From NCBI GenBank assembly GCA_030141605.1, contig JAQGDQ010000005.1, positions 1,426,180-1,490,179 on the forward strand: 64,000 nt of DNA. The letters are read 5' to 3'. The stretch's first letter is position 1; the number at the start of each line of letters is the position of its first letter. The notes under the pieces were generated by a model. The model had not been told where the DNA came from and ran no database searches. It saw only the letters and a program-made list of their open reading frames with translations. Positions 51,401-63,269 of the stretch are shown here, one piece after another. A program made the translations under genes and the position numbers. Source of the stretch: Tubiluchus corallicola. Lineage: Eukaryota > Animalia > Priapulida.

Positions 51401-54195
51401 TTAATAACAAAGCTCTGAAATGTTAACTTAATATTCTGAACAATCTGTAGTATTGAGAAATTATGAAAAACTGTTTGTTTTGAATAAGTGAGTATTTTAC
51501 CAAGCATTAAATTTACTTCTGAATATTTACTTTTTAAATATTGACACTTGCATCTGCCCATATGTAAGCTACAGTTTTACCTACTGAATTTTTAAAAAAA
51601 CGTATAGTCATATAAACAATATTATACAGACAAGCAGAAAAATATATAATGTTTACATGCACATGAATTAAATGCACCTAATATCCAAAAATGAATAACT
51701 ACTTAAGCGAAAATAGATTTAGGCTAGGTTGACATAGGTCGTACATAATTGAAAAATAAGATAACCTTTTTAAAATTTATACATTTATAGCTACAATTAT
51801 ACAATGTGACATCTTAGCCTCAATAAAAATGTAAAAACAATATTATTTTATTGTATTATTAAAATTCCAAAACCAAATTTAGTGTTTGTTTGTAGCAACA
51901 ATTTATAAATGTGTTTAAAAATTAGTAAAAAGCAAATTAAATGCAATGTGTTTTACATAGCCCACACTATGAAAAAGCTCACTTCAAAGTTATAATATTT
52001 ATAAATGCATCTTTTAATTAATAAAGATTGCCTCAAATCAGGGACACTTGCACCAGTGTTTCTACACAAGTTATTGGTGCTCTGCATGAAATCCACACCC
52101 AATAGACCACAACAAAATAAAGACGATAGTGACTCATAATGTGTTGATTGCCATTATTTATTTTTCATGCAGTAAAATACTTACAGTCTTCTACTGAGAC
52201 TTTCTTGTCTACAATGGCATTTATGTAGCCCCAATAACTCTGTTCATCAATATGAGCTAAAAATTCACTGAAAATATTAAAATATATTATAAAAAATAAG
52301 TCATAAGACATTTAAAAGCAAACAGTAAATCAAATAAACAATGATATATACCTACAACAAATCCCAGCAATATTTAACTTTATCAAAGCGGGAGCAAAAA
52401 ATATAAAATCAAGTCATTTTATTCTTGTCAATTTAATTCAATATACATCCACATATTTTCTGTCTAAAAATTTACAACTTTCTTGTGTATGCAGCAAGGA
52501 ATATCATTTGTGCATTTTTCAAAAGATATTAATACAGTAAAAGAGTAAAAAATACAAACATGTAATATACACTTAACTTTCTGGTGAAGTTTGGCATTTT
52601 GTTCCTAGGTCAATAGATTTATTTAAAAACGCACATTTCAGTTTAATCCTAAATCACTCTCACTTGACAGGATCAAGTTGAAACCTGTTTTTTCATAAAT
52701 CTACTAACCAACATGTAACTTTCTAAAACTCTATATACATCCGTCTGAGAATATGTTTAAAAAAGAGAGCACTTACAACATCAACGGTTCTGTTATCATT
52801 GCAAAATTTGTCAATTACAAGTAACTGGTATACTGTATCTTGGCAAAAAGTTGCATACAAAAGTAATCATAACACAAGTGGAGTCCATAAGTTGTATATT
52901 TACAATAATTGAAATTACAAAAACTTTTCACATGCACAGACTAGCCCTGAAAACATCATTTTGAATGTAATGTTATGCAGCTTGCACTAGTTAGTGCGTG
53001 CTGTTAAATAAAATGTCAAGTAACACCAGTATAAAAAAGTGTACAATATCAATTGCTACTAATTGAAAGTTATATTTATACAATTGGAAAAAATACAATC
53101 TATATTCACCTTGTTTCTAATAAAAGTGGTGTTGATCCCCATTTAGCATCTAGTGCTGCACTCACAGGCTTATTTTTCTTAGCTGCACTCACAAATTGAA
53201 AGCCAGTACAAATGACAAAAGTCACTAATAACAAATGGGACAGCATTATCTGGAAAAAAAACTACAAAAGTTGAAATAAATGTTCTACATCACATGCACT
53301 CATTGATATTAAACACTACTTATTATCTAAGTTCAATGAAGCCATTTTGCACACAGTATTCATTTATGTTCTAGATTTGGTTTTCATTCTTTTAATAACT
53401 ATTGTATCTGTGGTAGCAGATTACTATATGTGCCATGCAGAAGAGCAGAACATACAGGCAGCAACTTTTAGGCTGTTTAGCTTAGCAGTTTAATAAAGTA
53501 ACTATAAATTTCGTTTTATGATTGATTGACTTACAGCAGCATATTAAGCGATTCAGACCTGCCAACTTTCACAGATTACTTACACGCCACACACATTTTA
53601 AGAATTTTATGCAAGCACATGCATCAAATTTCAGTATCAATATCAGAGCCCATTTCCTCTCTTCTTGTGTTGTGAGCCTTTGGAATTCACTTAATAGTGA
53701 AATAGTTGACGCATCAAATCTGCCACAACTTCGCAAATTGTAGAGGAGACACCGTCAATTACCGTGTTATGGTTAGGTCTCTTAAGCTTCGCAAGCAAGT
53801 GCATATTATAATCCAAATAAACTAATTTAAATGTCAGTGTATTACACAAGACTGTGACAGGAGACTGCGCACATTAAGTATGCACTTTGTCCTTAACCAA
53901 AATATTAACACAATTCACAAGACAGATGTCTTCACCAACCCACAGTGCGATTCGAGATAATTTCAAGTAATAATTATAAAGTAAAAACAAATTTAACATT
54001 TAAAACAGCGAAAAACTCTAATGTATAATAACCAAACCTAAGCTCAGATTTAGAACTAAAATAAAATGGTTTCGTATACTCAAATAATATTAATACCAAA
54101 ATTAAATAGCGCTAAACTGCGTTAAAAAAAGCAAAACAGTGTGGTAAATTGGATCAAATTAAGGCTAATAAACACACTACCATGGGCGCAGCCAT
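27441..54195 (-). CDS. UGGT: UDP-glucose:glycoprotein glucosyltransferase (GT24), complete, 36 coding exons, ~1535 aa
   Basis: Exons on -: 54181-54195 (MAAPM, tentative), 53110-53249, 52185-52267, 49502-49632, 48752-48864, 47863-48037, 47413-47582, 46918-47179, 45840-45995, 44817-45023, 42756-42977, 42309-42440, 42046-42129, 41860-41940, 41112-41235, 40559-40651, 38722-38819, 38274-38480, 37300-37431, 36993-37135, 36264-36373, 35800-35971, 34887-35076, 34396-34447, 33989-34095, 33507-33592, 33201-33285, 32810-32901, 31642-31746, 31352-31436, 30926-31035, 29103-29279, 28610-28666, 28255-28369, 27865-27981, 27441-27620. The sum is 4608 nt with consistent phases. Motifs: signal peptide, [97 protein letters not shown], and C-terminal HIEL*. 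Confidence 0.97.
32030..32664 (+). mobile_element. Non-autonomous pogo/Tigger-type (Tc1-mariner superfamily) element in a UGGT intron
   Basis: 27-bp TIR CCGTATTTTCCC(G/A)TGTATAAGAGACCC with 1 mismatch, TA TSD on both sides, and subterminal repeats of GGGTCTCTTATAC. An internal acidic tail [34 protein letters not shown] resembles pogo transposase C-termini. Confidence 0.9.
34225..34325. repeat. Low-complexity (ACTATA/ACTACA)n tract in a UGGT intron
   Basis: Degenerate hexamer/trimer repeats, which produce the poly-Thr/Ile stretch in track ORF 33999-34496. Confidence 0.85.
49841..50299. mobile_element. Pogo/Tigger-type MITE, second family, in UGGT intron 3
   Basis: 23-bp TIR CCGTATA(T/A)... 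CTCGCATATAAGCC with 1 mismatch, TA TSD, and internal repeats of GCATATAAGCCGA. Confidence 0.9.
53520..53750 (+). mobile_element. CR1-like LINE 3'-end fragment
   Basis: [32 protein letters not shown] (compare FFSxRVVxxWNxLPxxIVxA). Confidence 0.65.
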
Positions 54196-54345
54196 TTTAA
54201 CTAAGCGTCCAAATGGCGGTATATGATTGGATAAGTGACACGACATAAATAGTTTTCCTCCAATTATATTGCAGAACGATCATTACCACGGACGCTGTCG
54301 ATAGATGGCGCGCCAAAAAATGCCTGTTAATGTTTGCACGTGAAA
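54196..54345. promoter_or_regulatory. Candidate bidirectional promoter between UGGT (-) and FUCA (+)
   Basis: CpG-enriched patch in AT-rich DNA, directly upstream of the UGGT ATG. It has YY1-like AAATGGCG (54211) and AGATGGCG (54303), CCAAT on - (54226-54230), E2F-like TTTGGCGC on - (~54309-54316) and E-box CACGTG (54337-54342). The first FUCA coding exon has an upstream acceptor (ttttgcag, 56236), implying a 5' UTR exon nearer this region. Confidence 0.5.
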
Positions 54346-54819
54346 TCTCAAAACTTAGAAACATCCAAATCTGCATATTAGGTAGCTTTGTATAAGAAGT
54401 TGCAGTGTAGAACAAAATTTGACGCTTTTGGGTAAAGTGACTGATCTACAAAAATGCGAGTATTAATTATGAAATTGCAAAATTTAGTTACATATATTCA
54501 TCATAATCAAAACTCTTATTATTAATAATTAATAATCACACAGGATATGCTCGGCCGTAATAAAAATCAAATTTTGTACCATTTGCAGACATAACTCCAG
54601 ATCCTATTAAGTGCGTTTCTTACACCACAGTAATGTCAGTTTTGTATAAGACCATGCCTGTTGCAATGTGCGTCTGCTTTATGTCAGATTCTCTACAATT
54701 AAGCGTGTGGCTATTAAGTATTATAAGGTGTTTGCCTTGTTTGCTTCGCAGTTTAGTTTAGTTTAGAAGTACAAGTACAGGTGTATAACTCAAATAAAGG
54801 ATAGAGATTGACATTCCTT

Positions 54820-55340
54820 GCTTGCAATATTTAAAATATTCTCAAAACGAGTTGTTGCGCATCACCGACAACATCCAACAACCTACTAAACGACGTCCTC
54901 ATAAACCAAAAACAACCTGGATATCAAGAATAAATATAAGATTTACAACATCTGGAACCAAACCTAACAATAGCATCACAGGAATTGAAAATGGATACAG
55001 GAAACAGTGGAGTGCTCGAGTGGGCTGCCACAGGAAGACTATAAGAAAATTCAACATTCATCTTTACAATATAAATGCCAATGAACTGACATGATACATG
55101 TTTTCGAATTATCAATAAAATTAAGGTTTTGGAACAACAACTATTAAAGGTCATCCTTGTAAATTATACAAACCCAGAGCCAGACTGGATGTAATGAAGT
55201 ACGTCTTGAGCAGTCGAGTAGTCAGCAGCTGGAATGGTTTAAACGGCAAAACTGTAACATCTGAGTCAATAAATGAATTGAAAAGAAATATGGAATATGA
55301 GTGGAATCACAAAAAATTCTTTTGTACAGTACACACACTA
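54820..55340 (+). mobile_element. CR1-like LINE 3'-end fragment
   Basis: KGHPCKLYKPRARLDVMKYVLSSRVVSSWNGLNGKTVTSESINELKRNMEYEW (compare TRGHxxKL...RVVxxWNxL), preceded by a DMIHVF motif. Confidence 0.75.
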
Positions 55341-56313
55341 AATGCCAGTAGAGAACAGTAGATCCTTGATTTACTTTTAACCTTAAACATTAGATATGGA
55401 TGTTTCTTGAATGGCACACCCATTAACCTTAGTGCTCCTTTAACTCACTTTTGCAGCTACACTGTCAATGTTTGCATTTGTTACATCTTATGGTTTTAGT
55501 TTTGGAAGCCTTAGGTAAGGAACCCAAAGCTTGGTTGTGTAACACACTGTCTACTGTCACCTTCTGTGACACATGCTCATTTTACTCTAATATATATATA
55601 TATATATATATACATAATCACAGTAATGTTATAGTAGTGTTGAATACCATTTACGGCATTAGCATATATACCGCTGTTGCGTTACTGTACGTACGCTAAA
55701 TTTGCTGAGAACCAGTGTGGTATAAGTACAGCCAAAATATCGCATTCACTCTCTTTTAGCTTTAAAATCACACCATTTTTTAAATGCGAGGACTATGTGT
55801 AATTGCGTGTACATCCAAGCATGGCTGAGATTACTATGAATTTCTTTGTGTCAAAAATCAATCTATTTTTACATAAAATTGCACAATATTATTTAATATT
55901 ATTAAATAAAATGATTTATTTTATTAAATTATATTTTGGGCTTTTATATAAAAAAGTAGCTGAGACACCACTGCTGGTACAGTGCCTCATCAAAGAGGGA
56001 TATCCTTGATAATGAGCCAGGCTTCAGATGTGCCACAAACGTCTTGTTGAGTAGGCCTATCTTTGCTAGATTCCAATTACAGAGTGCGAAAGTATATAAA
56101 AGAATAGTGCCGTGTGTTTGTTACATAAATTGTCACATACTAACTTTACATCATGAAATGAAAGTGAATTGTATCAAAATACTGTCAACATTTATAGTGT
56201 TTAATTTTGTTCAAGATAATTACATTTCTTTTGCAGGCAATGATTGACTAGAGTATATTATTTATGTAACGTGCCATCATCTGTAGTTTGTACCTAAATT
56301 TACAACAACGACA

Positions 56314-57086
56314 ATGCGCCATATTACTTGCAAGACAAGCTTTAAAGCATTGCTAGCTGTTGGTGTAGTAGTAATACTTCTCGTAGTGTCAGCGCAAGTT
56401 CTGCGTCCAACAAATACAAAAACACATTCAAGTGTTGTGTTTGAACATGATGTGGAGTATCTGGGAAGAAACAAACTGTCAGAGAACTCTGATTCAGATT
56501 TGTTTATGAAAAAAGCTGATTCGTATTTGTTTCAATATGACAAAAAAGAAAGACTGCTGGAGGAGGAACATCAGCAGCAAGAGAAGCCATCTTTCCATGT
56601 AAATAAAGCGGTATGTATTGTATTTAGTCTTCGTTTGTTGTCTATTTTGTTTGAATGCAGATTCCAGTGTAGGCTGAATACATGTGTTAATTTTGTTAAT
56701 TATTTAACTTTACTTTACTCTTTTCATATTGGGACTTATTTGCCACTTTTGCTATAAATCCTTGTGCTGTTTGCTATAGAATCTTAATTAGCATACAGCA
56801 AGGATAAATTCTGCTCATCTAATTAACTGAATTCTAGTGACTTGATTTTCTGGGAGAGAGAAAAAGCATTTCAAGTGACGTCATATAACGCTGGGCTGCC
56901 TAGTCTATGTAAAACCTGATAAAAACTGCTGCTACACCTTCCAAGCTAGTTTTCTGGTTTAAAACCAGGCTCAGGCTCAATTTTTACGCATTTCCTTTCT
57001 TCTGGTCAGGTTTTGTTTCAAAAACATAATAATTATTGTGGTTTACATCATTTTCAGCCTAATACAGAGATCAACATTGTTACTTC

Positions 57087-57121
<35 letters not shown>

Positions 57122-60100
57122 TTTAAGTAGGCATTCGGTATCATTTTGTGAGTAGGGAAAGCAGAAAAGTTGTTTTATTCGTTTCTTAACACTTCGAAAT
57201 AATAGCGGATAGTTAGTTCAATTTTTAGCTGATATTACTCATAAAACTTAATTCAATATTTCAGGGTAAATACAAACCAATTTGGGAGTCTCTTGATGCC
57301 CGACCGTTACCTACTTGGTATGATGATGCAAAATTTGGGATTTTTCTGCATTGGGGTGTTTATTCTGTACCTTCCATAGTCTCTGAATGGTTCTGGTATG
57401 TTATATACTACATGCTTTTTGAAGTTAAAGTTGAAATTGTAAATCACCCTTAACAGAATTGTTTCTAAGACGGTAACAGAAGCTTGATTCTGTCCTCATT
57501 AGTAAACAGAAGCTTTAACAAAAGATATTTTGTGAAAATCATATTTATGCCTGTAATTTTCAATTTTGAATAGGGTTGCCAGATCAGAAAATGAGAAATA
57601 CAGAACACTCTTAAAATCTCTCTTTATATTACTATATATTTAAATTTATACATGCCTACACACCCAGACCAATATATTACATAAAAGTAGAGACGTAAGT
57701 TAAAATTATAAAGCAAGGATTTTAATGGGTTATGAGGAGAACAAAAGTAAAATCATTTGAAAATATTTATTTAATACAGACAACAGAGAAATAGTATTAT
57801 TATTTTTTACATGCAATATAGATAACTAAAAGAAATTCTGAGAAAGTGAAATCATTGCAGAATTGTTATTCAATAGAGAAAATATAATAATGTATAAAGG
57901 AAAATTATTATTTAATACAAACAATGCAGAAAATAAACTAAATATTTATTTAGGCTGGAGTGTAAAACGGTAACCATAGCAGCTGAACAAGTTGCAAACA
58001 GGTAGTAAACTTCTAGCACCACTAGTTTCTTCATTACATTTGGGTTATTTTTATCAAGAGAATCTGAGAAAAGAAAGTATAATTATTTATAAAGTTACAT
58101 CTAAGAACCGTAAGAAGATGGTAAAAATATATTTTTATTACAAAATTTGAAAGTGAACTAAATATGGGACATTTGAGTGTCTCTGAAAGGTCAGTACGGA
58201 ACAAGGGACAAAATTATCAAATATGGGACATGTCCCATGTACAAGGACATCCCGATTTTGAACTAATAATTTTTACAGGGACTATTGGAAAGGCCAACAA
58301 CCACACAAGGAAATTGTTGATTTTATGAAAAGGAATTATCCGCCACATTTTACGTATCCTGATTTTGGTGTGCAATTCACTGCTGAGTTGTTCAATGCTA
58401 CAGAATGGGCACAGATATTCAAAGCATCAGGAGCTAAGTAATAGTAATACATGTTATCATTAATTTTAATGGTTTATATTTGTTTTGGTACTTCTTGGCT
58501 GCAACACCATTTCAGTAATTGTATAAGGTTACATAAATTTTTTTAAAGAATGTCTGCTAAGTTCTGAAGGCGTTAGAATAGAATAGTAGCAAGTGATATA
58601 TACTTATATTGTTTCTCTAAGAATGATCTATTTTAAGTATTTTATTGTTTAGATATATTGTTCTAACAAGTAAACACCATGAAGGTTATACAAACTGGCC
58701 ATCGAATTATTCATTTAACTGGAACTCTATGGATATTGGACCACATCGTGACTTAGTAGGTAAACAGAAATTGCTTTTAAGTGTGACAGAATCATTTTTA
58801 TTTACTGTTCTAACTTAACTTATGACTAAAATATGCGTAAATATGTGAGATAAAAGTCAGATTTTTTTCCCTGAATTCCTATCACCCTGAGAAACTATTA
58901 CTCTAACATTACCAAAAACCAGTCGATATTGAATGTCTTTTTGCTTAAAGTGTCAGTACTCTATATTGCCAGCCTTCTGTGTTGCCGATTTAATATTTTT
59001 TTACATTCAGGAGAACTGGCTTCTGCAATACGTACTGAAACAGATATGATGTTCGGACTTTATTATTCGTTATTTGAATGGTTTCATCCACTATATAATA
59101 AGGACAGCGCAAATTACTTTGAAACTTACGAATACGTGCAGGTATAAGCTATTCATTGATTTTGCTGTTATTGCCACGAAGTTATAGGTTTGGGCTTAGT
59201 TACCACTGTTGTATTGAAATTATTTATTCTGAATATGGCTGTCAATTAATATGTTTATTATTTTTATTTGCAAAATTTTCCGTCACCTAACAGGTTTTTT
59301 CCAGAATTGTCAATTTGCTATGCAATGTCTTGCTTTAGCAATTATCACTACTTTGAATGTGATTTCCTTACTGCAACCAGGGATACATACATATGCAAAA
59401 AATACAAAAAACAGTAAAGTCAAAAATCAAGTTATTAGTGATGTACTTTTTTATAATGTCAAATGGAACCTGTAATAGAATATTACTACTATATTTTAAA
59501 ATTATTTGTAAATTAGGATTAGAAGTAATATTATTGCTTGTAAAGTTATCAAGGTTTGAAGTTGTTGCATTTTTGTTGTTGTAGAATGATTATTTTTAAA
59601 CTCGCAACTTTTAAAGTGATGCAACTGAAACAGAATTTTTGTTTTTTGTTTTTATTTTTTGCTTAGATGTTCTGTGAGAGAATAAGAAATAAATGTGCAT
59701 CATGTAGACCTACCAGTTCATTGAAACCTACGTGCACATTCATTTTGAAAATGTAGCAGGCAGCCTGCAGGAAATCTTAAAATTAGGTTCATTTTTCCAG
59801 GTAAAAAAGGGTTTAATAAAATCCACACATCAATTTACTCCCCTAGTTGTTCACTGAAGTGCAAACCTGCATGCGCTTTCATTTAGAAGAAATTGGTTTT
59901 GTGCGTGCCCATTTAACAGGCAGATCTATTAACAGGATCTGTTAATTTGCTCTGGCATCATTTAAGGGTAGGCACTATCTATGTTCTTGATTATATTGTC
60001 TTAAACATCCTTAGCAAAAACTCTCTCAATAAGCCAAGTTTCCCTCTATGACCAAGATGTGCATAGAAAGACAGGTACAATGACGCAGACCTCGCATTCT

Positions 60101-63100
60101 TTTTTAATTATATGATGTAGAACATTTGGCTTCTCTGGCTGTAGCTGCTAACATAGTGGCAGTGCTGTGCAGCTGCAAATTTTATAGTTATTGATACTTT
60201 CCATACTAATTGTCTATGTTTTGTTTGCTAGAAGTAGGATAGTTTTCTATCTTGAATTATGTCTAATTAACTATGACACATCAGAGTGATACATAATTAT
60301 GTAGTACAATAAGTACAGTGTATTTAGGCTTATATTACTGTATTAAATTATATAAAATTATAAATTTATATGTATTTTTGTAATCATAAGCAAGGACTAT
60401 TTTAATGTATTGCATGTCTGATAAATTACATTAACTTGTTGTTTTAATACCAATTTTATTATAAGTGTCAGAATTATTATCAATATAGTAATGCTTTTTT
60501 TTCATTCATGCGTGCATCTGTCCTTATTGACAAGTTTCAAGGCAAACTGTTTTGACCCTTGCTTGCGTGTTCTACGTATTTTCACATCTGTCTCCGATCA
60601 ATAGAAGAAGAACCCTATTGATTTTTTGGGTTCTAAGGTCAAAGGTCAGGATCTTGGGACCTGACTTGAAAAAGCTTATAGATGCACTTAAGTCCAAATA
60701 AGTGATCCAAAATCTCCATCTTTCATCATCTACAGAGGAAGAACCATCTTGTATTTGGGGTCCCAAGGTGAAAGATCATAATCTTAGGACCCAATACTTG
60801 AAAGGCCTGTGGAAGCATTTTAAGTCAAAATAATTGACTTTAAGTTTTTTGTATATGCCACCTATCAACAGGGAAAGAACCCTATCGATTTTGGGGTCCT
60901 AGGCACAAAAGTTGGATTCACAGGAAACGATATTTGAAAAACCCTATAGACGCATTTTAACTCAAAATAATTGACCCTAAGCTTTCATCTTTCACATGTA
61001 AGTGTGAAATTTCATAATACATATGTACAATTTTATTTTATACTCATCAGTACAGAACCTTGTCGATTCTGTGTTGCAAAGTCGAAAGTCATGGGACCAG
61101 ATATTTTTAAAAGTATTTTGACCCACAGTGATGACCGGTTGTTGTAAGGAGATGCTCCACTTTGTGGTGCTTTGTTTTGTTTTATTATGATTTAATTTTA
61201 CTGTGAATATGATTTGTTTCTAATTTATAGCTACTCATACATGTTGCTAGAATGTTGTCTTGTTTTTTATTTTACTGTGTTATTTTTCTTTTCAAATAAA
61301 ATCCTAAAATCTTATTTATTATGTGCTATTTATAGCTTTCCTAGACTGTTCACAGATGTATACAATTCATACGTATGTTTTGCAGCAAGTTAGCTGGCCT
61401 CAATTACAAGAGATTGTTAACAAATACCTCCCTGCCATTGTCTGGGCCGATGGGTGTAGAGGACCAACTGATTATTGGCACAGCAAAGAATTTCTTGCAT
61501 GGCTTTATAATGACAGGTACCATATTTTACTTGATTTAATTAACTGTAGTCTTCATTGTAATTGAAACAACATGCAGTCAAGTGCAGTCTACTTTATTTT
61601 TGTTCTTATTACTTTTGTAATGGTATTTTTAATCCTATTTATTCTAAGTTAACTTTTGTTGTTTATTTTTTATTTGTATTACAGTCCAGTTCGGGATTAT
61701 GTGGTGGCTAATGATAGGTGGGGAGATAATGTTCTATGTCATCATGGTGGTGTCTATACATGTTCAGATCGGTATAATCCCGGTAAGCTGTAAATCAATC
61801 TTTTTCGTGAAAATATAGAATAGTGAAATTCATCCTTGTTGCTTTGATGCTGTGTAGTCTATTATTGTTATTTAGTTTAATAAGATTGCATTAATTGTTT
61901 TCATAACTTCCCAGCCATTTGTCTGATATACTCGTAGACATAGAACTAAATTATGCATGGAACTAATTCATAGCTCTAGTTTAATTTGCAGGAACTAGAA
62001 CTAGTTCGACATAAAAGCTGAAATTACTTTTCTTAACAATTTTTATCTTTGTAATTGTTAGCATACACTTACCCTACAACAATTTGCACGAGTTATGTTA
62101 TTTTTGCCAAGTAATCGTCATATGGTTATTATGTCAATAAGTTATCGGTAGAAAGAATAGCTTGGAATCCAAACTAGTTTCTTTTCTATAAAGTTCATGG
62201 TTACCCCTACCAACTTGAATTGTTTCTTTTTATCTCACCTAGAAACTTGGAACTGAATCGGTTTCTTCTTCATCACTGACAAACTAGTATTTGCATCTAG
62301 TTCCTATAACTTGCACAGCTCTGGATATACTAAGTAAAGTTCTTTGTTTATTTTGACCAAGTTTGGTTGGTGTTTGTTTGACAGGAGTTCTGCAATTGCA
62401 TAAATGGGAAAATTGCATGACAATAGATAAAAAGTCTTGGGGCTACAGACGTGAAGCAAAACTGGAAGATTTCTTGAGCGTTGAAGAACTTGTTTCAACA
62501 CTTGTTTCAACTGTAAGGTTAGTTACACGCATTAGACACTTGTGTAGATGAGTTTCCAGGATGTAAAAAGCTTTAACAGTATAGCCATTCGATCACTACA
62601 AAATCTCTGAACATGTGTTTGTGGTCAAGATAACATTATACATAAATGATGGCACATTAGCTTACTTGCGACCTATGTATAAGTCCTCTGCATCTCATAG
62701 CAGTGTTCATGAGTGTAACTATAAAGCATATTAATTCATTCCTTTGGCATTTTCTATTGGAATCACAATAAAGTCTCTGGCATAGGATGGCAGGAAAGCT
62801 TTTCAGAATGTGAATTTGCAAACGTAGCTAGTGACTATCAGCAGGTGTAAATATGCACTTAAAGTGCAGCAAATTGCACATTGGTTAAGTATTTTACACT
62901 TTGATTGGTACCAAACTGTTTAGAAAATATCGTTATTGCAACAAAGTCTAAAAGCATGTTGTATTGCAAGGCCAGGAACGATAAGCTGATTTTTTAGTAG
63001 CAATACTTTTTGTTTTGCAGGCAAAAAATTTAAATTACAAATTAGTTTAGATACTTAGTGTAAAGAATTTGATGACATTATAATGGTATTTGTTTCAGTT

Positions 63101-63269
63101 GTGGTGGTAATCTTCTGATGAATGTGGGTCCAACTCATGATGGAAGAATAGCAGCAATCTTTGAAGAACGTCTCCAGGGTATAGGAAGCTGGCTGAAGAT
63201 AAATGGTGAAGCAATATATGCCACAAAACCATGGGTTCACCAAAATGATACAATAACGAGTGATATTTG
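56314..63269 (+). CDS. FUCA: Alpha-L-fucosidase (GH29, FUCA1/FUCA2 family), 9 coding exons seen; continues beyond window end
   Basis: Exons on +: 56314-56610 (hydrophobic N-terminus plus spacer), 57265-57395 ([34 protein letters not shown]), 58279-58437, 58653-58759 ([10 protein letters not shown]), 59011-59141 ([14 protein letters not shown]), 61386-61516 (WADG nucleophile motif), 61685-61782 ([14 protein letters not shown]), 62385-62517 ([18 protein letters not shown]), 63099-63269 ([25 protein letters not shown]). GT-AG introns with consistent phases. No further exon was recognised before 64000. Confidence 0.95.
57088..57118. repeat. (CA)n microsatellite
   Basis: Directly visible run of ~15 CA units. 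Confidence 0.95.
57571..58255. mobile_element. Possible decayed hAT-like MITE in FUCA intron 2
   Basis: Starts TAGGGTTGCCAGA, has an AT-rich interior, and ends in a cluster of GGGACA/TGTCCC subterminal motifs at 58165-58254. The right TIR and TSD were not resolved. Confidence 0.4.
60550..61176. repeat. Interspersed element with 3-4 diverged ~135-175 bp internal tandem units
   Basis: Units begin AGAACC(C)TATTGATTTT(T)GGG at ~60609, ~60740, ~60876 and ~61054. They share AGGTCAAAGGTCA-like and TTAAGTCAAAATAATTGA segments. The element ends in a short hairpin CCACTTTGTGG followed by TTTGTT. Confidence 0.7.

Noticed and set aside
60600-61100. Regularly spaced repeats as a CRISPR-like array
   Set aside because: The context is a eukaryotic intron, units are homologous along most of their length with no unique spacers, and there are no cas genes.
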